A DNA stretch of 64,000 bases, taken from positions 586 to 64,585 of the forward strand of contig DAOLCO010000015.1 in the NCBI GenBank assembly GCA_035327825.1, written 5' to 3'. The stretch comes from Oligoflexia bacterium (GTDB lineage: Bacteria > Bdellovibrionota_C > UBA2361 > SZUA-149 > DAOLCO01). Positions 18,155 through 28,360 of the stretch are shown piece after piece (within the stretch, counting starts at the first letter, position 1; each line of letters opens with the position of its first letter). Position numbers and translations under genes: made by a program. Below the pieces are notes generated by a model that worked only from the letters and a program-made list of their open reading frames with translations, ran no database searches and was not told where the DNA came from.

Positions 18155-18619
18155 TTAAATAGACTCATTACCGACTATTTGGATTATTCTTGAATCCTCC
18201 ATTAAAGGATCAAAAGCCATATCAATCCTTACGGACAGAATGGGCAGCAGATCTGAAAAAACTTCCGGCCACTCAATAATTACTAGCTCTATTTCATGGT
18301 CATCAGAAAAAACAATAATATCCTCAGGATAAGAACTTAGACCAACTAAACGGTACAAATCCCAATGTCTAATTAGCACAGAAGATTCATAATTATTAGA
18401 TGTCCTTTCATATCGGTTCTCAAGTACGTAGCTTGGGCTGCTAACTTCCTTATCAAGATCAAACAGCTTCGCAATTGCCCGAACCATGGCTGTCTTCCCT
18501 ACACCGAGGGGCCCACTTAGTCCTATAATTGATCTGCCTGGAAGCCCTCTGACCAATTCGGCAGAGAATGCTCCAAGTTCACTCTCTTTAAAGCGTAAAA
18601 TCGGAGAATCGTCTTTCAT
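18155..18619 (-). CDS. tsaE: tRNA threonylcarbamoyladenosine biosynthesis ATPase TsaE
   Basis: 154 aa. Walker A GLSGPLGVGKT and the ..RHWDLYRL.. motif are characteristic of TsaE/YjeE. Confidence 0.85.
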   Translation of the reverse strand: MKDDSPILRFKESELGAFSAELVRGLPGRSIIGLSGPLGVGKTAMVRAIAKLFDLDKEVSSPSYVLENRYERTSNNYESSVLIRHWDLYRLVGLSSYPEDIIVFSDDHEIELVIIEWPEVFSDLLPILSVRIDMAFDPLMEDSRIIQIVGNESI

Positions 18620-20265
18620 TAAATCTCTGGCCTTGCTGGAAGATTACCAACAGAGTCAAAAGGACAACTTAATAGATAACTAATAGAAGAAGGTAGCTCG
18701 TCAATAATTTCACTAATTAAAGCTCCACAAGAAAAACCAACTTTAGCAGAAAACCTGCTCCCTGTCTCGCCGTGAACAAAAACTCCAAGCAGGGCCGATT
18801 CAGCAGGACTAAACCCCCGAGCCATAAACGCACCAATAACTCCGGAAAGAACGTCTCCTGATCCAGCCACACCCAGAGCAGGCTCCCGGTGAGGACAAAA
18901 ATATTGATCCCCACCACTGGTTGTCACTAAAGTCCTTGGCCCTTTTAAAACAAGAGTACAGGGAATATTTTCTACAAACTCTCTAGACAACTTCATTCTA
19001 AATGCCTTGACATCAGAAATACTACAACCCATTATTCTTGAGAACTCACCCGGATGAGGAGTTAAAACCATTTTATCAGAAACAAGTGCTTTCAAAGAAT
19101 TATTTGAAGCTAATAAATTTAAAACATCAGCATCAAGAACTGCGGGTAAGCTTTGATTATTTATTGCATGAAGCAATAGGCCGATAAAATCCTCAAGGCC
19201 CGACCCATCAAGACCAAATCCAGGACCAAGCACTACAGAATTCTTTCTGCTTAAAATCAAATCCCAGACATTAGAATCAAAAACACCAAAAGTACCATTA
19301 TCAGAAGCAGGAACTGACTTATGCATCGCTTCAGGGGGCAGTGATCTGACACAACCATCGGGGGTAACTACAGAAACAAGTCCGGCACCAGACCTAAAAG
19401 CACCAAGAGAACTAAGAGCAGGAGCACCTTCATAACCTTGACTTCCGCCAACTACAAGCACATGACCTTTTTGACTTTTATAGGAATTTTCAGAATCTGG
19501 AAATCTGGAAGAAAGAAGGTCGCCAATATAATTTGAAGTCAATAACTCGCTACTTTCTTTTACCACGTTAAAGACAGAATCCGGCATTCCAATGTCAAGG
19601 CATCGCACCCTTCCAACTTTATCAGCAGCATCAGGATCAACATGTATCTGTTTAAGACACTGAAGAGCCCAGGTTTCATCAGCAACAAGTCCATTACGAA
19701 AAACACCTTCTTCAGGATAATTTCCGCTTGGCAAATCAACCGAGAACACAAGACATCCTCGACTAAGTCTTGCCTGATTCAAATTCTTTATCAGACAGGA
19801 TAAAGGGCCTTCACGAAGCACTCCCGAGAATCCGGTTCCAGTAAGTGCATCAATAAAAATTGATGCATCAGGAAATCCATCAACAAGAAATGAAATTTCA
19901 GAATCTTCTTGAGGTGAAATTATAACATCACCTCCAAGTGCCAGATAAGATTGCTTTACAGATTCTAGTACTTCGCTTCCTGAATTTTTATTAGGAACAC
20001 GTTCAGGTAGACTCACTACCTTTACCTTGAAGCCACCAGACAAAAGAAGACGAGCAATAACATAGCCATCAGCACCGTTATTGCCACTACCCACAAATAC
20101 AAAATGACTGAGGTTCCTAAAATCATTATTACCAATTAAAGCTCTAAAACAGGCTCTTCCGGCTGTCTCAACAAGAACCCGCTCAGGTATACAAAAACGA
20201 TCGATACACTCAGTATCAATCTGCTTCATTATGTCAGCACCAACTATTTTAAGATTCAAACCCAT
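18619..20265 (-). CDS. nnr: bifunctional NAD(P)H-hydrate repair enzyme Nnr (YjeF-N epimerase + carbohydrate-kinase-like dehydratase)
   Basis: 548 aa. N-terminal YjeF_N (..FVGSGNNGADGYVIARLL..) and C-terminal dehydratase (..GPGFGLDGS.., GAGDVLSGVIGAFMA). The stop overlaps the tsaE start by 1 nt. Confidence 0.88.
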   Translation of the reverse strand: MGLNLKIVGADIMKQIDTECIDRFCIPERVLVETAGRACFRALIGNNDFRNLSHFVFVGSGNNGADGYVIARLLLSGGFKVKVVSLPERVPNKNSGSEVLESVKQSYLALGGDVIISPQEDSEISFLVDGFPDASIFIDALTGTGFSGVLREGPLSCLIKNLNQARLSRGCLVFSVDLPSGNYPEEGVFRNGLVADETWALQCLKQIHVDPDAADKVGRVRCLDIGMPDSVFNVVKESSELLTSNYIGDLLSSRFPDSENSYKSQKGHVLVVGGSQGYEGAPALSSLGAFRSGAGLVSVVTPDGCVRSLPPEAMHKSVPASDNGTFGVFDSNVWDLILSRKNSVVLGPGFGLDGSGLEDFIGLLLHAINNQSLPAVLDADVLNLLASNNSLKALVSDKMVLTPHPGEFSRIMGCSISDVKAFRMKLSREFVENIPCTLVLKGPRTLVTTSGGDQYFCPHREPALGVAGSGDVLSGVIGAFMARGFSPAESALLGVFVHGETGSRFSAKVGFSCGALISEIIDELPSSISYLLSCPFDSVGNLPARPEI

Positions 20266-20298
20266 AATCTTGATTTTTGGATTAGAAAAGTGATTTTA

Positions 20299-21657
20299 TT
20301 ATTTCACTCCGATTTTATCTGATATGACTTTGGCAAGCTGCTCCGCCACTTTGCTGCATAAAGCCGAGGATTCACACTCTACCATAACTCTTGCTTTTTT
20401 CTCAGTGCCTGAGTACCTCAGCAGAATACGCCCCTGACCTTCTATTTCCCTTTCAGAGTCCTTAAGACACTCTACAACAGCAGGAATATCAGAAAATGGT
20501 ACCTTGTCCCGAACAGGCACATTGATAAGTAATTGGGGAAAACGCTGAACAAGTTTTCTATATTCAGATAGTGGCTTACCCTCCTCCTGCATAACAGTAA
20601 GAACTTTAAGCGCAGTTAAAAGACCATCACCAGTAGTATTATGGTCAAGAAAGATAATATGCCCCGACTGCTCCCCACCCAAAGCAAAACCCCGCTCCTG
20701 CATTTCCAAAAGAACATACCTGTCACCAACATCTGAGCGACAAAAAGAAATATTTCTGGATTTGAACAATTGCTCCAATCCAAAATTACTCATTACAGTT
20801 CCTACAACACCATTGCCAGACAAACGCCCTGAGGACTTTTCATGAAGAGCGCACATTGCCAGTATATCATCACCATCAAGTAACTGACCTGCCTCATCGC
20901 AAAAAATCACCCTGTCAGCATCACCATCAAAGGCTATACCCACATGAGCCCCAACTTCCCTGACTTTTGAAACTAGTTTTTCAGGATGAAGACTTCCACA
21001 CTCATGATTAATATTCTTGCCATTTGGACGATCAGCAAGCATTACAACCTCAACCCCCAATTCAAAAAAAAGCTGCGGTGCAACACGATATGCAGCACCA
21101 TTAGCGGCATCAACAACAATTTTCAAACCTTCCAGCGAACAGCTTCTTGGCAATACATTCTTTAAAAAAACAATATATCTCCCAATAGCATCTTCAATTC
21201 TGAAAGCTTTTCCAATTTGGGAAGGATCAGATGAAAGAGAGTTGGTACCACCTGATGCCATGATAAGATTTTCAATCTCATCCTCAGCATCATCAGGAAG
21301 CTTATATCCGTCCCTGTCGAAAATTTTTATGCCATTATCTTCATAAGAATTATGAGATGCAGAGATCATTATTCCAGCATCTGCACGCATACTTCGAGTT
21401 ACAAATGCTACTCCGGGAGTTGGCAAAGGACCAACTAGAAGCACGTCAACTCCCATAGAAGAAATCCCGGACTCAAGAGCTGTTTCAAGCATATAACCAG
21501 ATATTCTTGTGTCCTTTCCAATCAATATGCGATGAGATCCAGATTTCCTCTTAACCACATTGGCAAGTGCTCGTCCTAGTTTTAAAGCAGTTTCCGAGTC
21601 CATTGGATGAGTGTTTGCAACACCACGTATTCCATCTGTTCCAAATAAACGACCCAT
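20299..21657 (-). CDS. glmM: phosphoglucosamine mutase
   Basis: 452 aa. N-terminus MGRLFGTDGIRGVAN.. and active-site SASHNSYEDNGIK (phosphoserine loop) match GlmM. Confidence 0.92.
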   Translation of the reverse strand: MGRLFGTDGIRGVANTHPMDSETALKLGRALANVVKRKSGSHRILIGKDTRISGYMLETALESGISSMGVDVLLVGPLPTPGVAFVTRSMRADAGIMISASHNSYEDNGIKIFDRDGYKLPDDAEDEIENLIMASGGTNSLSSDPSQIGKAFRIEDAIGRYIVFLKNVLPRSCSLEGLKIVVDAANGAAYRVAPQLFFELGVEVVMLADRPNGKNINHECGSLHPEKLVSKVREVGAHVGIAFDGDADRVIFCDEAGQLLDGDDILAMCALHEKSSGRLSGNGVVGTVMSNFGLEQLFKSRNISFCRSDVGDRYVLLEMQERGFALGGEQSGHIIFLDHNTTGDGLLTALKVLTVMQEEGKPLSEYRKLVQRFPQLLINVPVRDKVPFSDIPAVVECLKDSEREIEGQGRILLRYSGTEKKARVMVECESSALCSKVAEQLAKVISDKIGVK

Positions 21658-21662
21658 ATTTC

Positions 21663-22643
21663 CTACTTACCTGCGATTTTCCTTGAAGTAACTGTTACTT
21701 CCCTGGGATGCTGTTTAATAATATGCACATTAGGGGGCAATACGGCCCTTACATTAAATTTTCCAGATCCAATTGCTCCACCTTTTTGCCCGGTAGATCC
21801 ATTATCTGGCAGGCCTTCAACCAGAAGACTCAGATCCGAAGAAGTCAAATTCTCCAACAGAGACTTGGGGCCTTTCAGGGTAAGGCTTCCGGTAGCAGGT
21901 GCAATTGAGAGATTTCTGCTACTCAAATCTGCTTGTTGATCAGTGACAATTTCAATAGCATCTATCGAACGTTCGATTTCCAATTCTTTGACTTCAAGCT
22001 CAAGACTCACCAGATTCACATTCAAAGAACTCAGTTCCGTAGGGGCCTTAACCCTCAATTCAGCACGAACAGAACTTGTAAGACCATTAAGCTTTACAAC
22101 TTCAGGCTCAATTCTCTCAACACTTTGAAGGTCCTGAAAAGGTCCGCGGACAATTACAGCCCTGGGAAATATCTGTATGTCACCAAGAACATATCCTTCA
22201 GGTAGTTCACCTTCAAAAACAAGTTTAACAGGAACCTCCTTTCTTACCATTTCAACGGTACGAACACTGATCCTGGCAGGTTTAGCACTGACTATGTTGA
22301 CGCTAGGGGGAAAGCGCAAAGAATCATATGGAACATCAATTCCAAATGAAAATTCAGCTTTCTCCGGAAATGGCACCTTCAGCACATGAAAACCCCTTGA
22401 TATCTGCTCCACAATACTTTTAGGTCCATATACTTCCAAGTGGGCAGGAATACCTTGCTCAGCATGTGGTGGATCGACAATTATCCTGTTTTGGGGAACG
22501 TTCTGAAACTCAAGTAGGGCAGAAACCATTTGGGTAACAGAATTATCCTGACTATAAAAATAAAACTCCAAAAGCAGCGCTATCCCAAGAGATATAAGCT
22601 TTAAAGTTCCATTACTCAACTGGGGACCGGATTTACCTGGCAT
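21663..22643 (-). CDS. cdaR: YbbR-domain protein (CdaR-like regulator of diadenylate cyclase)
   Basis: 326 aa, N-terminal TM helix, then repeated YbbR-like beta domains. Positioned between cdaA and glmM as in the cdaA-cdaR-glmM operon. Confidence 0.75.
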   Translation of the reverse strand: MPGKSGPQLSNGTLKLISLGIALLLEFYFYSQDNSVTQMVSALLEFQNVPQNRIIVDPPHAEQGIPAHLEVYGPKSIVEQISRGFHVLKVPFPEKAEFSFGIDVPYDSLRFPPSVNIVSAKPARISVRTVEMVRKEVPVKLVFEGELPEGYVLGDIQIFPRAVIVRGPFQDLQSVERIEPEVVKLNGLTSSVRAELRVKAPTELSSLNVNLVSLELEVKELEIERSIDAIEIVTDQQADLSSRNLSIAPATGSLTLKGPKSLLENLTSSDLSLLVEGLPDNGSTGQKGGAIGSGKFNVRAVLPPNVHIIKQHPREVTVTSRKIAGK

Positions 22644-22649
22644 AGCCTT

Positions 22650-23561
22650 TTATCGTCCCTCCCCTGATTTACTCGCACTTCCACCGCTTTTTGAAGAAGA
22701 GGATGATATTGAACCTGAAAACTTCGACAACCAGCTCTGCATTTTCTTATATCGCCTGTTTCTACGCTCAGCTGCAAAAACAGTAATCCTGTGAAGAGCA
22801 GTATAAAGAGTAGATTCATTTAAATCTCTGGTAACCTTTCCTTCTCTTATAATAGAAATAGTGCCTGTCTCTTCTGAAACAACAACCACTACCGCATCTG
22901 TTCTTTCAGAAAGACCTAGTGCCGCACGATGACGAGTACCGAACCCGTAACTAAGCTCTGCAGTAAAAGTAAGAGGCAACACAGATCCAGCAGCCACTAT
23001 ACGATCCCCTGATATAACTACAGCACCATCATGAATAGGCGATGTTGGTAAAAATATGGAAACCAGAAGCTGGTGACTGACTCTCGCATCAAGCTCAATG
23101 GCATTCTCGGTAAATTCCTCAAGACCTACTTCCCTTTGTATGGCAATCAAGGCTCCAATCCTTCGACTGGCAAGCTCACTTGATGCTTTTGAAATAGCCT
23201 TAATCGCCTGATCAGTCTGTTCAATTTCATCACGACCAAGCCCAGGCATCAATCCAACCTTTGTTAAACCTCTTCGCAGATCATCTTGAAACAGCACCAC
23301 CACTACAAGTATTACTGAGCCAAGAAACTGACTTAAAATCCAGGTTAAAGAAGGTAATTGCAGGCGGATTGCAACAAAATAGAATAAGCCAATCATCGCA
23401 AGACCCAACAGCATCCTTCCAGCTCTAGTCCCACGTACAAGAAGAAGTATGCGATAAATCAGGTAATAAACAAGAACTATGTCGAGAGCAGTTCTACCAA
23501 AAAAAATCCAGTCTATTTCCGGAAAAGATACGGCTTCAAATAGCTGGAAGGATGAACTCAT
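22650..23561 (-). CDS. cdaA: diadenylate cyclase CdaA (membrane-anchored DAC-domain enzyme)
   Basis: 303 aa. Three N-terminal TM helices, then a DAC domain with HDGAVVI (DGA) and GTRHRAALG (RHR) motifs. The ATGA overlap with the ftsH stop at 23558-23561 suggests translational coupling. Confidence 0.9.
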   Translation of the reverse strand: MSSSFQLFEAVSFPEIDWIFFGRTALDIVLVYYLIYRILLLVRGTRAGRMLLGLAMIGLFYFVAIRLQLPSLTWILSQFLGSVILVVVVLFQDDLRRGLTKVGLMPGLGRDEIEQTDQAIKAISKASSELASRRIGALIAIQREVGLEEFTENAIELDARVSHQLLVSIFLPTSPIHDGAVVISGDRIVAAGSVLPLTFTAELSYGFGTRHRAALGLSERTDAVVVVVSEETGTISIIREGKVTRDLNESTLYTALHRITVFAAERRNRRYKKMQSWLSKFSGSISSSSSKSGGSASKSGEGR

Positions 23562-25462
23562 GATACCTCAGATGAGTCGCTACTCTGACTTTCGGTATTG
23601 GAGTTATCCTCTGAAGGATTTGACGAGCTTAAGGGCACATCAGGATCAGGGATTTCTTCACCTCTCATAATTGCATCGACCTGGGAGCCATCAAGTGTTT
23701 CAACTTTAAGTAGCGCCTTGGACATGCGCTCAAGTGAGACCTTGTTTTCGCCAATAAGTTTCCTTGCTCGATCCATCTCTCTTGTAACTATGCTCTTTAC
23801 TTCTTCATCAATCTTGAACGCAGTGGCTTCCGAGTAATCTCGCTGATGACCAATTTCTCTGCCAAGAAATACAGCATCATCCTTTCTTCCATAAGCTAAT
23901 GGTCCAAGTGCGTCACTCATTCCCCACTCACATACCATCTTCCTTGCCACATTAGTTGCCATGGATATATCAGATTGGGCTCCTGTAGTTATTTGATCAA
24001 AAACCAGCTCTTCTGCAATTCGGCCTCCAAAGGCAATGCATATACGATCCAACCAGTACTGCTTAGGGTAGGTATGTTTATCATCTTCCGGAAGTTGCTG
24101 CATCAACCCCAGAGCAACACCCCTTGGAACAATTGTGACCTTATGAACCGGATCAGCAGTAGGTAGCAGCTTGGCAATCAGGGCATGTCCAGCTTCATGA
24201 TAAGCAGTAATTTCTTTTTCCTTGTCAGACAGAACCATGCTGCGCCTTTCAGCACCCATCATTATCTTGTCCTTGGCATATTCAAAATGCGCCATTGTCA
24301 CTTCCTCAGCATCCTGAAGAGCTGCCCAAAGCGCAGCTTCATTAACAAGGTTTGCCAAATCAGCACCAGCAAAACCTGGTGTACCACGAGCAATTTTTTC
24401 AATATCCACATCTTTGGAAATCGGAACTTTTTTTGTATGAACAGCGAGAATGGCGCTTCGTCCCTTTATATCAGGCAATGGAACAACAACCTGACGATCA
24501 AATCGACCTGGACGAAGAAGCGCTGGGTCAAGAACATCAGACCTGTTTGTAGCAGCTATCAGAATGACTCCCTCATTTGCTTCAAAACCATCCATTTCCA
24601 CCAGCAACTGGTTCAAGGTTTGCTCACGCTCATCATGCCCACCACCAAGTCCAGCTCCCCTGTGACGACCAACAGCATCAATCTCATCAATAAGAATAAT
24701 ACATGGTGCATTTTTCTTTCCCTTCAAAAAAAGATCTCTTACTCTTGAAGCACCAACCCCAACAAACATTTCAACAAAGTCTGAACCTGATATACTAAAG
24801 AAAGGAACCCCCGCCTCCCCGGCTATTGCTTTGGCAAGGAGGGTCTTTCCTGTTCCGGGACTTCCAACAAGTAAAACTCCCTTAGGAATTCGGCCGCCAA
24901 GTTTTGTAAATTTCTTGGGATCTTTTAAAAATTTAACAATTGATTCAAGATCACTTTTAGATTCCTCAATACCGGCAACATCAGAAAATGTTACCTTAAG
25001 CGCATCTTCTTCGAGTAGTCGCGCTTTACTTTTCCCAAAACTGAGCGCCTTTCCACCACCTGCCTGAAACTGTCGCCATATCAAAAACCAAAGACCTATT
25101 ATTATAATGAATGGAAGGATGCTCTGAAGGAATATGAAGTACCAAGGATCTTCTTCTTTTGGCATCCCATCAAACTTTACTCCATGCTCCCTGAGAAGTG
25201 GCACAAGATTAGAATCTGCTGGGGGTGGATAAGTAATGAAAGACCCCTGACGATCATCCTGAAGTCCCTCAAGATAAGTTCCTTCAATCTTATTTTCACG
25301 AATCTTTACCTCAGCGATAATTCCCTGACTAACCTGAGAAGTAAAATCAGAATAAGAGATCCGATCTGGACCCTTATCCTGAACGGCAGTGTAATTATAT
25401 GCAAGAGAAATTAAAACTATTATCACAAGCCATAAGCCTGCGTTCTTTGAAAACTGATTCAA
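23558..25462 (-). CDS. ftsH: ATP-dependent zinc metalloprotease FtsH
   Basis: 634 aa. Walker [12 protein letters not shown] region, HEAGHAL zinc-binding motif, N-terminal TM and periplasmic domain. Confidence 0.95.
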   Translation of the reverse strand: MNQFSKNAGLWLVIIVLISLAYNYTAVQDKGPDRISYSDFTSQVSQGIIAEVKIRENKIEGTYLEGLQDDRQGSFITYPPPADSNLVPLLREHGVKFDGMPKEEDPWYFIFLQSILPFIIIIGLWFLIWRQFQAGGGKALSFGKSKARLLEEDALKVTFSDVAGIEESKSDLESIVKFLKDPKKFTKLGGRIPKGVLLVGSPGTGKTLLAKAIAGEAGVPFFSISGSDFVEMFVGVGASRVRDLFLKGKKNAPCIILIDEIDAVGRHRGAGLGGGHDEREQTLNQLLVEMDGFEANEGVILIAATNRSDVLDPALLRPGRFDRQVVVPLPDIKGRSAILAVHTKKVPISKDVDIEKIARGTPGFAGADLANLVNEAALWAALQDAEEVTMAHFEYAKDKIMMGAERRSMVLSDKEKEITAYHEAGHALIAKLLPTADPVHKVTIVPRGVALGLMQQLPEDDKHTYPKQYWLDRICIAFGGRIAEELVFDQITTGAQSDISMATNVARKMVCEWGMSDALGPLAYGRKDDAVFLGREIGHQRDYSEATAFKIDEEVKSIVTREMDRARKLIGENKVSLERMSKALLKVETLDGSQVDAIMRGEEIPDPDVPLSSSNPSEDNSNTESQSSDSSEVS

Positions 25463-25617
25463 AATAAGTGCTCCTAACTTTTAATAATGGCCCGACTCTA
25501 AAAATTATTTTCGGGACTATAAAAATATAATTCTGCTGGCGATACTCCCTTTTCTATAATGAAAAGATACCCCTACACTTCTAACCTATTTATCAGGAAA
25601 TTAGAACAGTATGAAAA

Positions 25618-27135
25618 TCAAAATTCCTTAAATAATGCTGATAGCTTAATAAAAGCACATGAACCTTGCCCTAGGCATTTATCCCCTTGGGTCAGTTCTT
25701 CTTCAGACGCTTCAAATAAACCGGGTATCCATATTATTCCTCTCCCGATTAGCTCAAATGCAATAAGATTTTGTCTACTTCTAAAGCTAAGATATCTTTC
25801 TCTGGCTAATTTACCAATTGACTTAAAACCTCTACCCGGAACAAGCACTAATTCATGCGGAAATACTTTGCGGCAAGTAATTTTTTTGAAATGCTCTAAT
25901 GATAATATGATGCTCCACTTTTTTCCGCCAAAACATGACGAAAAAGATCTACCAATAAAACTGTCTGATTCAGTTTTTTCAACATAATCCATTTCTGTAT
26001 AAATATTAGAGCTAACGTACCAATATCCCCTGTTCTTCATTCTGGTTGACTTAGAAATTGAAAATACTGCATTAAGGCAATCCGCAAATCTGAGAAGTGG
26101 CTCACCTGAAAAATAAACCCTGGTTGAGCTTGTATCAATTTCATCCATAAGCTCAAAATGAACTCCAGCATTAACCTTAAGACAAGGATCCACTACGGCC
26201 CTTGCTTTACGACCAAGATCAAACATTTTGACTTCATTTTTAGCCTTATCCGATATTAAAACCTTATATAATTTTTCGTAATGTTGATCACTTATCTCGA
26301 GAGCCCTCTCCCCAATTTCCAGTTGGGATAAACTTCTCAGAACCCTTGCTCCCAAGCAGGCCGGAACATTATTAACGAAACAGGCTCTTGGCATAAGAAG
26401 ATTCATTTTTGCGAACTCTCTTACTTGCTCATTTATATAAGAACAATCCCTGTTCGCCTGCTCCATATTTTTCAAAATTGAGCTGCGGTACTCAGGATAC
26501 CCGGATCTGATTAAAGGGATAATGCGATGACGCATGAAGTTTCTCGAATATTTTACATCGTCATTAGTTTGATCTTTAACAAAATCAAGAGAAAAATGTG
26601 CTGCATAAACCTCGATAATTTCCCGACTAACTGAAAGAAGAGGTCTAAAGAGTTTTCTCTCAAAATCAAACTCTTTAATAATTCCTCCATTAGAAGCCGT
26701 AGATCTCCCTGTAAATAAACGAAACAGAAAGGTCTCAATATGATCATCGAGATGATGTGCTGTTAAAATTAAATCGGCATTTTCTAGCTTCGCAATTTCA
26801 GAAAAAAAGGAATACCTTTCCCTGCGTCCCCACTCCTCCAAAGAATTTGCGAAAAGCGCAGGCCTTACCTTTTTCTGAAAATAGGGGATCTGATATCTGC
26901 TTGCAAGATCACTAACAAAACGGGCATCATTTTCACTATCCTGTCTAATTGAATGATCAAGATGAACAATGCCGCAAAAATCAACATTTGAAATGGGGAA
27001 TCTCTTTAAAGCATCAAGCAAAACAACAGAGTCAATTCCTCCAGAACAGGCAAGAAACACCTTTAAGTTACCAGTTTTAACTGGCAACTTTTGAAATGAT
27101 GATATCAAGGTACTTTTTACAACATGATAAGTCAT
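25618..27135 (-). CDS. tilS: tRNA(Ile)-lysidine synthetase
   Basis: 505 aa. PP-loop SGGIDS near the N-terminus. tilS immediately upstream of ftsH is a known conserved arrangement. Confidence 0.85.
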   Translation of the reverse strand: MTYHVVKSTLISSFQKLPVKTGNLKVFLACSGGIDSVVLLDALKRFPISNVDFCGIVHLDHSIRQDSENDARFVSDLASRYQIPYFQKKVRPALFANSLEEWGRRERYSFFSEIAKLENADLILTAHHLDDHIETFLFRLFTGRSTASNGGIIKEFDFERKLFRPLLSVSREIIEVYAAHFSLDFVKDQTNDDVKYSRNFMRHRIIPLIRSGYPEYRSSILKNMEQANRDCSYINEQVREFAKMNLLMPRACFVNNVPACLGARVLRSLSQLEIGERALEISDQHYEKLYKVLISDKAKNEVKMFDLGRKARAVVDPCLKVNAGVHFELMDEIDTSSTRVYFSGEPLLRFADCLNAVFSISKSTRMKNRGYWYVSSNIYTEMDYVEKTESDSFIGRSFSSCFGGKKWSIILSLEHFKKITCRKVFPHELVLVPGRGFKSIGKLARERYLSFRSRQNLIAFELIGRGIIWIPGLFEASEEELTQGDKCLGQGSCAFIKLSALFKEF

Positions 27136-27170
27136 GTCACCTGAACAAGAAAAACTCCAGAAATACCAAG

Positions 27171-28097
27171 TTAACTGAATGGAAAATCAACCTGAGAACA
27201 CCCGGAAAACTGTTTATAAACACGCAATAAATTTCTTAAGCACATTGCAACTGTAACTGGACCTACGCGAGGTATGAATGTTTTTACAGAAGAAGGAACA
27301 TCTTCAGAAAAGTTCCTGAATGAAGAAAAATTCAGACAACATGATTCTTTACCAAGTTCTTCGGATCGTATCACATCAAAATCGTTTGAAGGCACGCCTG
27401 TAATAACAATATCAGACTGACGGAGCGCCTCTGCTCTTGTCATTTTCGATTCTTCTTCTTTTCCTCCGGGAGAAAACAGAACCAAACCATCAATATCAAA
27501 TGAGAATACTTCCGCCCCATCATTTGAAAGCATATGGGCTAGCGGTCTCCCGACTACTTCACTTCGATTAAATATGCTAACCTTCTTACCACTAAATGGT
27601 AAGGAGTCGGTATTAGTCATTTCTCCTGCCGCTTCAAGCAGCTTAAGTATTGCAAGCGGAGTACAAGGCAAAAGCGCCTTGATTTTCTGAGAAGTGATAC
27701 CGTCTAAAATTCTTTTATTGGAATAAAGACGTTCCAGCCAGAATGGGTGAAGCCCCTCTATATCCTTAAGGGGGGATAAGACACTTCTTAAATGAGCATC
27801 CCTTGCTCCCCCAAATACAGGGTAATACACAATTATTCCTGTCACATTGTTATCAGCATTAAGTTCTCTTATGGTACGCTCAAGATCTGTTCGGGATACT
27901 TCCCTTGCTTCATAAATAACACCAACATCCTCGCAACCAACTCGGGTATAGTCAGAATAAACCCGGGAAGCAGGATCATCACCCGCAAGAAGACCCACCA
28001 GTTTGAGTTTAAGCCCTGAGGCATCATATATGGCAGAAATATCAGACCTGACCTCTGTCCGAAATCGCTCGGCAACATTAGCTGGGTTTACATCCAT
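27171..28097 (-). CDS. folD: bifunctional methylene-THF dehydrogenase / methenyl-THF cyclohydrolase (FolD-like)
   Basis: 308 aa. Motifs ..VGLLAGDDPASRVYSDYTRVGCEDVG.. and ..LLPCTPLAILKLLE.. align to FolD catalytic regions. The C-terminal part is less typical. Confidence 0.7.
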   Translation of the reverse strand: MDVNPANVAERFRTEVRSDISAIYDASGLKLKLVGLLAGDDPASRVYSDYTRVGCEDVGVIYEAREVSRTDLERTIRELNADNNVTGIIVYYPVFGGARDAHLRSVLSPLKDIEGLHPFWLERLYSNKRILDGITSQKIKALLPCTPLAILKLLEAAGEMTNTDSLPFSGKKVSIFNRSEVVGRPLAHMLSNDGAEVFSFDIDGLVLFSPGGKEEESKMTRAEALRQSDIVITGVPSNDFDVIRSEELGKESCCLNFSSFRNFSEDVPSSVKTFIPRVGPVTVAMCLRNLLRVYKQFSGCSQVDFPFS

Positions 28098-28360
28098 ATG
28101 ATGAAATACTCCTCAGGTTTAGAAACTAAAATGACGAATTAAGTGAGACAATTACGAAATTTTACACTTTAATGAGCGGAAAATAAACCAGGCTTACACT
28201 TTTTGATGAAAAAAGATTAGAGTGTTATCCTGTCTCCGCTTTATTGATCAAGATACTGGGTAAAAGCTTTTTCTTTCTGCTTATGTTCGAATCAAGATTA
28301 AATATTATTTACATTTCCCCATGGATCTTTTTAAAAAGGCTCTTCTTGAAGTCTCCCTAC

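Noticed and set aside
24185-24748. Long antisense ORFs inside well-supported genes: 187 aa within ftsH, 164 aa (60968..61462) within accC, 136 aa (38047..38457) and 129 aa (36059..36448) within sucA/ogt, 141 aa (59332..59757) within the DUF1573 gene, 109 aa (21017..21346) within glmM, 90 aa (10295..10567) within the collagen-like gene
   Set aside because: All lie opposite genes with strong protein-family signatures, have low-complexity or stop-poor compositions typical of shadow ORFs, and lack independent start or RBS support.
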